Assembly: GCA_003635265.1 (NCBI GenBank) | Contig: PYIZ01000009.1 | Span: forward strand, 22,270-86,269 | Length of the DNA stretch: 64,000 bases | Reading direction: 5' to 3' | Source: Candidatus Poribacteria bacterium | GTDB lineage: Bacteria > Poribacteria > WGA-4E > PCPOR2b | Shown: piece after piece, positions 47,457-57,410 of the stretch | Position numbering within the stretch: position 1 is the stretch's first letter | Layout of the letters: each line of letters opens with the position of its first letter | Made by a program: the position numbers and the translations under genes | The notes under the pieces: generated by a model | The model's input: only the letters and a program-made list of their open reading frames with translations | Told to the model about the DNA's origin: nothing | Database searches by the model: none

Positions 47457-48772
47457 AAGTACTGGTTGTTGATGATGAAAAAATCAAACTAATTACACTA
47501 CGCGATGATTTGCGCGAGGCGAACTACGATACTATTGCGGTTGAATCTCCAGCGATTGGACTACAACTTGTGCAGAACGAACATTTTGATGTTCTGGTTA
47601 CCGATTTGCGCCTGCCGAAGATGCACGGAATTGAATTTCTCAAGCGCGTCCAGAAGGAGCAGCCCCATATTATTGTGATTGTCATGACCGCCTATGCGAG
47701 TGTCGAAACCGCTGTGGAAGCGATGAAATTTGGGGCGTATAACTATATCAAGAAACCGTTTTCCAGCGAAGAACTGATTCAGATGTTGGATAAACTGAAA
47801 ATGCTCCACGGTAGAGATAAACAGCGTTCACAACTAAAAATTCCGATGAAAGGACGCTCTCCATACCATCATATTATTGGGAAAAGTCAAGCGATACAAG
47901 ACCTCTTTGACCTGCTTGAAAATATCTCCGACACCCAGAGTACTGTGCTAATCTACGGTGAACATGGTACAGGAAAGACGCTCGTTGCAAAATCAATTCA
48001 TTTTAACAGCACGCGTAGGCTCCATCCCTGTAGAATCGTAAACTGCTCAGGAATACATGCCGACACGTTGGATCGAGAACTATTTAGAGACAAGCAAACG
48101 GCAGGCGAGTTTGGGCGTAAAGGGACCCTTTTTCTTAAAGATATTGATGCACTTCCTGTTGCACTACAGATTAAATTCCTACAGGTACTGGAGAGGCAGC
48201 AGCTAAACCTAAGCAGAAGCGCACAAAGGGAGGATGTGCGGATTATTGCTGCGACAACCAAAAACTTGCGTACAAAGGTTCATAATGGGGAATTTCGAGA
48301 CGATCTCTTCTACCGTCTAAACGTTGTCCCGATTTTTCTGCCACCGTTACGTGAACGGGTCGAGGATATTCCTCTCTTAATTAATCACTTTTTAGATTTA
48401 TTCTCACCCAATACCCCTATTCACATTGCTCCCGAAGTTGTCGAGGTGCTCACAGCATATCCATGGCCCGGCAATGTCCGCGAATTAGAAAATGTGATCG
48501 AACGGCTTGTAACGATTGGAGACAAGACAGATATTACCACGGACGATATTCCGCTTGAGTTGAAACTACCAGCGCAGGTCAGTTTAGATGAGACGTTGAG
48601 TGAGATCTCCTTCCAAGAGATTATCCAGTCGACAGAGCGCGAACTCATCGGTTGGGCGATGAAAAAAGCAAAGGGGAACAAAACACAAGCCGCAAAACTG
48701 CTCAAAATGAAGCCCTCAACCTTCCGTGATACCCTTGCCAAGTATATTAACCAGATCGAATGGCAGACGTGA
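47453..48772 (+). CDS. NtrC-family sigma54-dependent response regulator (REC-AAA+-Fis HTH)
   Basis: REC domain (VVDDE...D at LVTDLRLP). AAA+ Walker A GEHGTGKT. C-terminal HTH (KTQAAKLLKMKPSTFRD). The GAFTGA loop is degenerate (QTAGEF). Overlaps the kinase gene by 4 bp. Confidence 0.8.
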   Translation: MKVLVVDDEKIKLITLRDDLREANYDTIAVESPAIGLQLVQNEHFDVLVTDLRLPKMHGIEFLKRVQKEQPHIIVIVMTAYASVETAVEAMKFGAYNYIKKPFSSEELIQMLDKLKMLHGRDKQRSQLKIPMKGRSPYHHIIGKSQAIQDLFDLLENISDTQSTVLIYGEHGTGKTLVAKSIHFNSTRRLHPCRIVNCSGIHADTLDRELFRDKQTAGEFGRKGTLFLKDIDALPVALQIKFLQVLERQQLNLSRSAQREDVRIIAATTKNLRTKVHNGEFRDDLFYRLNVVPIFLPPLRERVEDIPLLINHFLDLFSPNTPIHIAPEVVEVLTAYPWPGNVRELENVIERLVTIGDKTDITTDDIPLELKLPAQVSLDETLSEISFQEIIQSTERELIGWAMKKAKGNKTQAAKLLKMKPSTFRDTLAKYINQIEWQT

Positions 48773-49359
48773 AGGCGAGGGAGGCAAACCAAATGAATCA
48801 GAAGCAGGAACGCGAGCGGCTTCGGGGGGAAGTCCTCCGCAAGAGGGACAGCATCCCGCTAAGTGTGAGAACCGAACTGAGCCGACGGATTGTCCACCAT
48901 GCAATCAACTGGATTGAGGTGAACCGAGCCGATGCCGTGCTAATCTACCTTAGTATGCGAAGTGAGGTGGAGACCGGTGACTTGCTTAATTACCTGTTGG
49001 CTCAGAATAAGATTGCGCTTGCCCCTGTGATGCGTATGAAGCAGCGAGACCTGACACCATATCGTATCATGGATGCAAAAGAAGATCTTGTTCTCCATCC
49101 ATACGGCATGTACCAGCCGAATAATGAAACCTGTCCCTCTTTCCCTTTGAACCAGATTGATTTAATCTTTGTTCCCGGTGTTGCTTTTGACCTCCGGGGC
49201 TACCGCATTGGATACGGTGCGGGCTTCTATGATCGATTCCTGCCACAATGTCCGCAGGCAGTTTGGATTGGTTTAGCTTACGAAGCACAAATTGTGACAA
49301 ATACCTTTCCGCAGCCTTGGGACGTTCCCCTCCATCAGATCCTCACAGAGGCTGCGTGA
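48760..49359 (+). CDS. 5-formyltetrahydrofolate cyclo-ligase
   Basis: 199 aa. ...LIYLSMRSEVET...PGVAFD..GYRIGYGAGFYDRFL is the MTHFS signature. Confidence 0.8.
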   Translation: MADVKAREANQMNQKQERERLRGEVLRKRDSIPLSVRTELSRRIVHHAINWIEVNRADAVLIYLSMRSEVETGDLLNYLLAQNKIALAPVMRMKQRDLTPYRIMDAKEDLVLHPYGMYQPNNETCPSFPLNQIDLIFVPGVAFDLRGYRIGYGAGFYDRFLPQCPQAVWIGLAYEAQIVTNTFPQPWDVPLHQILTEAA

Positions 49360-49448
49360 TATTTGTTGAAGATTTCTAAGCCGTGGTGGACTGCTCGAAC
49401 GCGTCTGCCTATGTTTTTGTGCATTGTATTCGATGCCCAATTTTGCGC

Positions 49449-49476
49449 TTGACATGGGAGGCGCCTATGGTATAAT
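49449..49476 (+). promoter_or_regulatory. Consensus sigma70 promoter of the dcw cluster (no mraZ present)
   Basis: TTGACA, 16 bp, TATAAT. Followed by a 7-bp hairpin CCCTTCC...GGAAGGG (49517-49545) that abuts the GGAGG RBS of rsmH. Confidence 0.65.
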
Positions 49477-49592
49477 CCTTTTGTTTGAGGTAAAGCGGTC
49501 TAGGTCTTTTAGCAAGCCCCCTTCCAGATCAGCGTAGGAAGGGAGGTCATGCATGATTGTGCAGGACAAAAACTGGGGGCACTCAGAAAGAG

Positions 49593-50573
49593 ATGGGTCA
49601 GGGCCACATACCTGTTCTAGTTGATGAAGTGATTCAGTTTTTACAGCCGAAAAATCACGGTTTTTATGTGGATGGCACGGTTGGATTAGGTGGGCATGCC
49701 GCTGTCATTTTGCAAAAATCTGCGCCGGAAGGATTCCTACTTGGTATTGATTTGGACGTGGAGGCGTTGGCTATTGCCGAGGAAAGACTGCATAAATATA
49801 AGGAGCGGGTAACATTTGTCGGTGACAATTTCGCTCACTTAGATCAGCTGCCTCAACTACATCGCAGTAGAGATTCGCAGGAAACCACGGTTCGGCAAGT
49901 TGATGGCATTTTACTAGACCTAGGGGTATCGTCTTTGCAACTTGATACGCCGACAAGAGGGTTTAGTTTCAATCACTCTGGTCCTTTAGATATGCGGATG
50001 GATGCTTCCCAGGCTCTATCAGCGGCGCACGTTGTGAACCGCCATCCCGAAGACGCACTCGCAACGATTTTTACGCAGCTGGGTCAAGAACGCTGGTCTA
50101 AAAAGATTGCACGCCAAATTGTTCACGCTCGAAGACGTAAGCCAATCTCAACAACAGGTCAACTGGCTGAAATCGTTCTGGAGGCGATTCCCCCTAAATC
50201 AACGGGTTGGCGCATCCATCCCGCGACAAGAGTTTTTCAGGCGTTGCGAATCTATATTAACGATGAACTTAAAAACCTCCATTCCGGGATACATTGTGCT
50301 GCTTCCGCTTTGAAGCCCGGTGGACGCTTATGCATCATCTCTTTCCATTCTCTTGAAGATCGAATTGTTAAAGAACAGTTCCGCGCCCTCTCACGTGCTT
50401 GCATTTGCCCACCGAAGGCTCCTATCTGTATGTGTCAGCATACACCTACTCTTGAAATACTGACCAAGCGTCCAATAATTCCAACCCCCGATGAAATTCG
50501 ACGTAATCCTCGGTCCCGAAGTGCGAAATTACGAGTTGCGATGAAGATCCACGAATCTAAAACGCCAGATTGA
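49593..50573 (+). CDS. rsmH: 16S rRNA (cytosine1402-N4)-methyltransferase RsmH (MraW)
   Basis: HIPVLVDEV...DGTVGLGGH...LLDLGVSSLQLD... motifs. The ORF opens at 49557; the start is probably the MGQGH codon. Confidence 0.9.
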   Translation: MGQGHIPVLVDEVIQFLQPKNHGFYVDGTVGLGGHAAVILQKSAPEGFLLGIDLDVEALAIAEERLHKYKERVTFVGDNFAHLDQLPQLHRSRDSQETTVRQVDGILLDLGVSSLQLDTPTRGFSFNHSGPLDMRMDASQALSAAHVVNRHPEDALATIFTQLGQERWSKKIARQIVHARRRKPISTTGQLAEIVLEAIPPKSTGWRIHPATRVFQALRIYINDELKNLHSGIHCAASALKPGGRLCIISFHSLEDRIVKEQFRALSRACICPPKAPICMCQHTPTLEILTKRPIIPTPDEIRRNPRSRSAKLRVAMKIHESKTPD

Positions 50574-50633
50574 ACGTTTCTTAAAAACCAGACGAGATGG
50601 TTTGCAAAGGAACAATTAGAGACTATTTTAACC

Positions 50634-50927
50634 ATGAAATACCAAAAACCAGCTCCATCGTCAAAATTTCATCCCTTTGCATACTTCGCGCTTGCCATTT
50701 ACATCGGTATCTTTTTTCTCAGTGCATGGTTTGCGTCAAATCAACACAAGGTTGCGTTGCAAATGCGTGAGGAATTTGAGCAGCGAAGAAATCAATTCCA
50801 CAACGAAATCAATAGGCTGAAGATAGAGGAAACAAGGCTCACCTCGATTGAACGGATTCACGAAATCGCGAAAGATCTTCAGATGGTTCAACCCTCTGAG
50901 TCAACCCGTGAGCTGCGCGCTGATTAG
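50634..50927 (+). CDS. ftsL: FtsL-like cell-division protein
   Basis: 97 aa, single TM then coiled coil, positioned between rsmH and ftsI. Assignment by position and architecture. Confidence 0.5.
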   Translation: MKYQKPAPSSKFHPFAYFALAIYIGIFFLSAWFASNQHKVALQMREEFEQRRNQFHNEINRLKIEETRLTSIERIHEIAKDLQMVQPSESTRELRAD

Positions 50928-51038
50928 GATCTGTGAATCGAGCGTTTAATTGTGCAATCGCTTAACTTTGGAGCATTCTGGAAATGTTCATCCCCTTGAA
51001 GAATATCCTCCACAATGCGGTTGTGAACTTGAAATGTA

Positions 51039-52904
51039 ATGGGTGATATGCCTCATATTTCGGGTAAGCCATTCAATCCTTGTGAGGTTCCTCACCAACG
51101 GTGCACACTGTTACACTTCTGCATTAATTGCCCTATGAACAACATACCTTTTTCCCGGATTACAATTGTATGGGTTGGTTTGGAACTATGTTTAGGATTA
51201 TTGATAGGACGTTTGTTTCTAATCCAGTATGTACACGGTCGGGAGCTGCGTGAACGCTCTGAAAATCAGCGTAACACGGAAGTAGGCTCTCAGACAAAGC
51301 GCGCTACGATTTTGGATCGGCACGGCAGCGTCTTTGCAATCAATCAGGACTTAGTCTCGGTCTATGCAGATCCAAAGGTGCTGAAAGATGAGCCTGATGA
51401 TATTGCTCGTAAACTTGCGCCGTTGCTCAACGTTTCGGAAGATAGACTATTGTCGATACTGCAGCAAAAGAAAAGGCGTTTTGTTTGGCTGAAGCGGAAC
51501 TTAGATTATGAACGCCTTAATGACATCCGCCAAGTCACTAAAGGCATTTATGGGATCGGATATCGGACCCATGGAAAACGGTCTTACCCAAAAGACGAAC
51601 TAGCGTCCCATATTATTGGATATACCAATTTTGAAAATAGAGGCATTGACGGAATTGAGCATCAATACGATACATATCTAAGTACAGATAACAGAAATGA
51701 CCTCCCGGAATCACAGCCAAAAAGTAATCGAATCACCGCCGATGGAAAGAGACGCCCGATTCGTCCGCCACAACTTTATCAACAAGGGAGGCGATACGGT
51801 CGTAGCATTGTCCTTACGCTTGACGAATACATCCAACATATCACAGAAAGGGAACTGATTGCCGGTTGCGAGGAGTGGCAAGCAAGAGCGGGTAGTGCGA
51901 TCGTTATGCACTCCAAAAGTGGCGAGATTTTAGCATTAGCAAATTATCCGAATTACAATCTCAATGACTACTCAAGGAGTGAAGAGTCAGCCAAACGAAA
52001 TCGTGCCATCTGGATGCAATACGAACCCGGTTCCGTATTTAAGATCGTCACTGCTGCTGCCCTCCTCAACGAGAAACTGATGTCTCCGGACTCACGTGAA
52101 TATTGCGAGATGGGGGAATATCATTTGTCCAATGGGCATGTCGTTCACGATGTTAAGCCCAATGCGTGGTTAACGCTCAACGAAATTATCGCAAAATCCA
52201 GTAATATTGGCATCCTCAAGGCTGCGAGGTATCTTGATAAAGAGCAGTTGGAGACCTATACGCGCCGGTTTGGTTTTGGTGAAAAAACGGGTATAGATCT
52301 GCCTTACGAACGTGCCGGCAGCTTGAGAGGTATCGAAAAATGGGATGACTACACGATTGCCTCTGTTCCGTTTGGGCAGGGGATTTCTGTGACTCCCATA
52401 CAGATGTTGAATGCCATCAACGTAATTGCTACCAAAGGTGTGCTGCTACAGCCGTATATCACTCGACAAATTATTGATAAGGAAGGAAGTCTGCTGGAAC
52501 AATCAGTCCCCCAGCCAATTCATCGCGTTATTTCTGCAGAAACCGCACAGGCGATAACACAAATGCTTGTTGGGGTGACGGAAGCGGGTGGTGGGCAGAG
52601 GGCGCGCGTCGAAGGATATACAGTGGCTGGCAAGACCGGCACAGCACAGAAAGCGGAACGAGGAAAAGGGTACGTCGAAGGCAAAGTGGTTACCACTTTC
52701 GCAGGATTTCTTCCAGCGGAGGATGCCTTATTCTCAATTATTGTTGTTGTTGACGAGCCGGCGGCGGCTCCATTGAGCAGCCATGTTACCGCACCGATGT
52801 TCCAGAGGATTGCGAGTGAAGCGATGTGGTATTTGAGTCAAAAGGACCTCTTTGTTCAGAAATCAACCTCAAGCTATGCGGGAAACCAATCAGCACTTCA
52901 GTAA
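51039..52904 (+). CDS. ftsI: Peptidoglycan D,D-transpeptidase FtsI (class B PBP)
   Basis: TM anchor, then the active-site motifs SVFK, SSN-like (SSNIG) and KTGT (KTGTA). The start is probably an internal ATG (MNNIPFS). Confidence 0.85.
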   Translation: MGDMPHISGKPFNPCEVPHQRCTLLHFCINCPMNNIPFSRITIVWVGLELCLGLLIGRLFLIQYVHGRELRERSENQRNTEVGSQTKRATILDRHGSVFAINQDLVSVYADPKVLKDEPDDIARKLAPLLNVSEDRLLSILQQKKRRFVWLKRNLDYERLNDIRQVTKGIYGIGYRTHGKRSYPKDELASHIIGYTNFENRGIDGIEHQYDTYLSTDNRNDLPESQPKSNRITADGKRRPIRPPQLYQQGRRYGRSIVLTLDEYIQHITERELIAGCEEWQARAGSAIVMHSKSGEILALANYPNYNLNDYSRSEESAKRNRAIWMQYEPGSVFKIVTAAALLNEKLMSPDSREYCEMGEYHLSNGHVVHDVKPNAWLTLNEIIAKSSNIGILKAARYLDKEQLETYTRRFGFGEKTGIDLPYERAGSLRGIEKWDDYTIASVPFGQGISVTPIQMLNAINVIATKGVLLQPYITRQIIDKEGSLLEQSVPQPIHRVISAETAQAITQMLVGVTEAGGGQRARVEGYTVAGKTGTAQKAERGKGYVEGKVVTTFAGFLPAEDALFSIIVVVDEPAAAPLSSHVTAPMFQRIASEAMWYLSQKDLFVQKSTSSYAGNQSALQ

Positions 52905-52959
52905 TTGGGGTTACTTGGTTCATATCGTCTAGGTTGCGATATCCCCGGAAGATAAGCGG

Positions 52960-53790
52960 ATGAAAAGCGTAAATGTAAAGTGCCTACTTTGCATTACAAT
53001 ATTGGCACTGGTCGTTGTCAACCAAGCTGAAAGTGACATTCGAGTTGCCCCAGATGTGGTTGGTTTAGCCGTTGGGGGAGAGTTAGTTATTGTGGGGAAG
53101 TTGTTAGCAGCAGAGGAGAAGGTGGACACGCAAATTCAGGTGCAGTATACGGATGTCGTCGTAGAGGTTGTCCAAGTCATTCGGAATATAACAGAACAGG
53201 AGATAAAGGTCGGTGCCACTATCAATTTTCGCCTCCCTGACGTGCCAATCGGTTATGGCAGATTTGAAGCGGAGTTTAGCAAAGAGGAAATAGGTGATTT
53301 ACTTCTGTTACCGCTAAAACGACCTCACCCCCGAACAACAGTGGGTCGCAGAAAAGGGTTTGACACCATTTTTGACGTTTATGGGGGAGACCATGGGAAA
53401 CACACCGTTAGAATTAAAAATGACCTTCCTATGGTGTATCTGTTTGGGCTGAAGCGAAGGGTCGAAGACCCACAATTTCGACGTTCACGTAATCGACGGT
53501 TACATAACGACCATTATCGAGAGTTGGAGATTGGATTGCCTCTTGACTGGGTTCTAGAGGTAATGAATATAGCGATTATTGTCAATGCTAGGAATCCGGT
53601 GAAAAACCCGAAAGATCCCGGAGACATACCCGCAGAAATCAGGCTTCAGTATGAACGGCTTAGAAGTTTAGAAAAATCGGTTCGCAAATTAGCACGGGAT
53701 GGCAGATCAGAAGCCTCTATTATCAAAACTGCTCGTAAAGAACTCGATCAATTTAAAGAGGAATTAGACCTAGAAAAAGGGAACGAATAA
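52960..53790 (+). CDS. Hypothetical secreted protein (276 aa) inserted between ftsI and murE
   Basis: Signal peptide (LLCITILALVVVNQAES), a charged C-terminal coiled-coil tail. No known motif. Confidence 0.4.
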   Translation: MKSVNVKCLLCITILALVVVNQAESDIRVAPDVVGLAVGGELVIVGKLLAAEEKVDTQIQVQYTDVVVEVVQVIRNITEQEIKVGATINFRLPDVPIGYGRFEAEFSKEEIGDLLLLPLKRPHPRTTVGRRKGFDTIFDVYGGDHGKHTVRIKNDLPMVYLFGLKRRVEDPQFRRSRNRRLHNDHYRELEIGLPLDWVLEVMNIAIIVNARNPVKNPKDPGDIPAEIRLQYERLRSLEKSVRKLARDGRSEASIIKTARKELDQFKEELDLEKGNE

Positions 53791-53879
53791 GACAAAAACA
53801 GGGTTTTCTTTTACACAGTGATTGTATTTTTTTTGGCTTTGTTCGTTATAGAATTTTCTGAAGGTCGGAGGTGGACTAG

Positions 53880-55337
53880 GTGGTGAACTTACATCGCTTA
53901 CTCAAAGGAGTAAATATCCTCTCATCAATTGGGGAACTCGATAAAGATATTACTGGCATTGCGAGCGATAGTCGAGCCGTGGAGCCGGGGTGCGCCTTCG
54001 TCTGCTACGAAGGTGTCAACGTCGATGGCCACACCTTTATTCCACAAGCCATCCAAAACGGCGCAACGACGATTGTTGGGGAGAAACCAGAATCGGTGCC
54101 GTCGGGTGTTACCTATATCCAAACGCCAAACGGACGCATCGCGTTCTCGCTCATCGCAGCAAATTGGTACGGGAATCCGGCGGATCGACTGAAACTGATT
54201 GGCATCACTGGTACAAATGGCAAAACCTCAACAGCGCATTTAGCGCATTCAATCTTCAAAGCTGCTGGGTTGAAATCGGGGCTCATGGGCACAGTTGGAA
54301 CCCGTTACGCAGATGTCTTTGTGGAGCCAACGATTACGACACTTGAGCCTTTGACGCTTCACGAACTGTTCCGAGACATTGCCGATGCTGGCGTAGATTA
54401 TGTCATCATGGAAACCTCATCGCAAGGGCTTGCACAACACCGATTGGCTGGACTCACTTTTGAAACGGCGGTTTTCACCAATCTGACACAGGACCATCTT
54501 GACTACCATGAGACGATGGAGGAATACCTGAATGCCAAGATGATGCTGTTTCAGCAACTCAATCCTGACAACGGTCTGGCAATCCTGAACGCCGACGATT
54601 CCGCCTCCGATTCAATCCGTCATCAAATCAACCCCCCAAGTCTCACCTTTGGGGTTGAGCAACCGGCGGATTTGTTGGTCTGTAATGTAGAGTCAACCCT
54701 CAAACGCCTCTCATTCGTCGCCGACACACCGAAGGGAAATATTTCAGCCAATCTGCGTCTGTTGGGCGATTACAACCTATATAACGCTCTCGCTGCGATT
54801 GGGATAGGGGTGCACCACGACTGCTCGCTTGAGGCGATCCAAGTGGGACTGGAATCCACAATTGTACCGGGACGATTTGAGTTGGTTGACCGAGGACAGC
54901 CTTTTGCCGTTGTCGTGGACTATGCGCATACGCCCGACGGTTTGGAAAATCTGTTGATCGCTGCACGAAAGATTACGCAGGGCAATTTAATCTCCGTCTT
55001 TGGCTGTGGCGGCGATCGGGACCGTGGCAAGCGTCCGAAGATGGGCAATATCTCCGCAACCATCGCCGATCACAGCGTTGTCACCTCCGACAACCCACGC
55101 ACCGAAGAGCCAGACGCTATCCTCGCCGATATTGTGGAAGGCTTGCCCGATGGTGCAAGTTACGATCTAATTCAGGACCGCCGGACTGCCATCGGTCATG
55201 CAATTGAGTTGGCAAAGGCGGGTGATCTTGTTGCCATCGCAGGCAAGGGGCATGAGCCGTATCAAGAGATTAATGGCGTCCGATTTGATTTCGATGACAG
55301 GGAAATTGCAGGGGAGTTTCTTGATCAGTTGAAGTAG
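53880..55337 (+). CDS. murE: UDP-MurNAc-L-Ala-D-Glu:meso-DAP ligase
   Basis: GITGTNGKTST P-loop, the DNPR motif of the DAP-adding enzyme (TSDNPR), and a Mur ligase C-terminal domain. Confidence 0.9.
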   Translation: MVNLHRLLKGVNILSSIGELDKDITGIASDSRAVEPGCAFVCYEGVNVDGHTFIPQAIQNGATTIVGEKPESVPSGVTYIQTPNGRIAFSLIAANWYGNPADRLKLIGITGTNGKTSTAHLAHSIFKAAGLKSGLMGTVGTRYADVFVEPTITTLEPLTLHELFRDIADAGVDYVIMETSSQGLAQHRLAGLTFETAVFTNLTQDHLDYHETMEEYLNAKMMLFQQLNPDNGLAILNADDSASDSIRHQINPPSLTFGVEQPADLLVCNVESTLKRLSFVADTPKGNISANLRLLGDYNLYNALAAIGIGVHHDCSLEAIQVGLESTIVPGRFELVDRGQPFAVVVDYAHTPDGLENLLIAARKITQGNLISVFGCGGDRDRGKRPKMGNISATIADHSVVTSDNPRTEEPDAILADIVEGLPDGASYDLIQDRRTAIGHAIELAKAGDLVAIAGKGHEPYQEINGVRFDFDDREIAGEFLDQLK

Positions 55338-55387
55338 CACTAATGAAATAATTTTATTCAACTACGGCATCAGGAGGTGAGTTTAAC

Positions 55388-55609
55388 ATGGATATGGGCG
55401 CAACAGCCGACCTCGCATTTTTGGGGCTAGTAATCTCATTAGTCTTTTATATTGTTCTTTTTTGGGTGCTTATACGATTCATTCGCGCAGTGGAAAAGAT
55501 CGCAGACAACTTCTGGTCAATTGCGAGGGCACATACACGTTCTGTTGACGCGATCGAAAAAGTTGCAAACAGGATTGAGAGAATCGCAGACAACGAGAAC
55601 ACCAGATAA
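55388..55609 (+). CDS. Small membrane protein (73 aa) between murE and murF
   Basis: One TM helix (LAFLGLVISLVFYIVLFWVLI) followed by a charged helix with internal repeat IEKVANRIERIADNE / VEKIADNF. RBS GGAGG upstream. Confidence 0.35.
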   Translation: MDMGATADLAFLGLVISLVFYIVLFWVLIRFIRAVEKIADNFWSIARAHTRSVDAIEKVANRIERIADNENTR

Positions 55610-55704
55610 TAGAGGCAAATTGACCTGTTCAACCGCACCTACTATTATTATCCATTCCAGTAGGCTGGGCACAGGAAACAATTGCTCATACCCCACCCAT
55701 CATT

Positions 55705-57072
55705 ATGAACCTCACAATTGCTGAAATCCTACAGACAACGCAGGGTAACCTGATCCAAGGCAATCCCAACACCGTAATAACGCAGGTCTCGACAGACTCA
55801 CGGACACTCAAAAAGGGTGACCTCTTTGTCGCACTGGTCGGTGAAAAATTCGATGGACATAATTTCCTAGAGGGCGTGTGTCAGCAAGGTGCAATCGGGG
55901 CGGTTGTCTCGAAACCAGCAGCCGATGCCTCTCAACTTGTACCGCCGATTATTGTGCAAGTGAACGATACGCTCGCTGCGCTGGGGGATATTGCCAACCG
56001 TCATCGCAGCAAGTTCGATCTGCCGATAATCGCTATCACGGGCAGCAACGGCAAGACCACTACAAAGGACATAACAACTTCTGTGTTGGCACAGCGGTTT
56101 TCCGTTTTCAAATCTGAGAAAAGTTACAACAATCAGATTGGTATCCCCTCACGATTGATGCAACTCAGCAACGCTGATGAGATTGCCGTATTAGAGATTG
56201 GCACTAGTTGGCCCGGAGAGATTGAGCGGTTGTCGCAGATAACAGCGCCGACCGTCGGAGTGATTACCAATATTGGACCGGCACACTTGGAATTGTTAGG
56301 TTCACTTGAAGGGGTTACCGAGGAGAAAGGGGCGTTGCTAACGCATGTCGAACATGCCCTCCTTAACGCTGATGATCCGATGACGCCGAGGCTTGCTGGC
56401 CGTGTATGTGGTCAAATCACCACATTTGGTTGGCATAATGATGCGGATATTGCTGCAGGCGAAATTGAGATTGACAGTTTCGGCAAGCCTACGTTCACGT
56501 TGATAATCGATGGGGATGACATTGACAGGGTGCATTTACCTTGTCTGGGAAAACATAATATCTACAATGCTCTCGCTGCCGCTGGGGTAGGTATCTGGGC
56601 GGGCTTAATGCCTGCAGAAATTTGTGCTGGGCTAGAAGGTTTTCAGCCGGCGGACATGCGGATGCAGCCGACTGTGCACAACGACCTACGCATCATCAAC
56701 GACGCCTATAACTCAAACCCAGAGTCACTCAAGTCTGCTTTGGCATTTCTTAGCGATATCGAAATAGCTGGCAAGCGAATTGCAATCCTTGGTGATATGC
56801 TTGAACTTGGCGAACATTCTCACACACTCCACCTGAAAACAGGAGTGGCTATCCCAACCAACATCAACCTATTGATTACCGTTGGTCCCCATAGCCGCGC
56901 AATCGCTGAGGGAGCGGAAGGCATCGTTGAATCTATCATCTCCTGTGATACGCCAAAGCAAGCGGCACAAGAACTGATCCAATATGTTCAACCCGGTGAT
57001 GCGGTGCTTATCAAGGGGTCACGCGGGATAAAATTGGAGCAGGTTTTGGAAGAACTGATGCGTGAAACCTAG
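55705..57072 (+). CDS. murF: UDP-MurNAc-tripeptide:D-Ala-D-Ala ligase
   Basis: ITGSNGKTTTK P-loop and Mur ligase middle and C-terminal domains. 455 aa. Confidence 0.9.
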   Translation: MNLTIAEILQTTQGNLIQGNPNTVITQVSTDSRTLKKGDLFVALVGEKFDGHNFLEGVCQQGAIGAVVSKPAADASQLVPPIIVQVNDTLAALGDIANRHRSKFDLPIIAITGSNGKTTTKDITTSVLAQRFSVFKSEKSYNNQIGIPSRLMQLSNADEIAVLEIGTSWPGEIERLSQITAPTVGVITNIGPAHLELLGSLEGVTEEKGALLTHVEHALLNADDPMTPRLAGRVCGQITTFGWHNDADIAAGEIEIDSFGKPTFTLIIDGDDIDRVHLPCLGKHNIYNALAAAGVGIWAGLMPAEICAGLEGFQPADMRMQPTVHNDLRIINDAYNSNPESLKSALAFLSDIEIAGKRIAILGDMLELGEHSHTLHLKTGVAIPTNINLLITVGPHSRAIAEGAEGIVESIISCDTPKQAAQELIQYVQPGDAVLIKGSRGIKLEQVLEELMRET

Positions 57073-57134
57073 AGTTTGGCACCTAATCACCAATGGTGCT
57101 AGTTTACAACTGTTGATATGCTTGCCGGTCAAAG

Positions 57135-57180
57135 ACCGAAGGTGAAACGTAAAATGTGAAAATCGTTTGTTCATCAATTT
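57135..57180 (+). repeat. Leader motif family, copy 3 (GGTGAAACGTAAAATGTGAAAATCGTTTGTTCATCAATT)
   Basis: Shares the GTGAAAC-GT(G/A)AAAA core and the TTTGTTCAT box with the copies at 38322 and 41467. Lies in the unusual 340-bp murF-mraY gap. Confidence 0.6.
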
Positions 57181-57410
57181 ATGAATGAGCCAATGAATTG
57201 ACGAACTCTCCTAGTAATCAGGATTTTACTCCGCTCAACTTGAACGATATGGAAACAAGATCCCCACCAAATAGCACCAAAGGCTAATAGTTTGGGTAGG
57301 ATCAGGCTTGAAATTGTCGGTTAAGCGGAAGGAAGCAGTTGCTGTCTTTCCTTCCTCATTTCTCATTGCTTCCAATTTCCAAAGGATAAACCTTAAATCA
57401 AAAGTTACCC

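Noticed and set aside
57085-57110. TGGCAC...GGTGC dyad after murF as a sigma54 promoter or NtrC site
   Set aside because: TGGCAC is not followed by TTGC at the -12 position, and the GCACC/GGTGC arms are 12 nt apart, too far for the NtrC consensus. Probably a simple hairpin.
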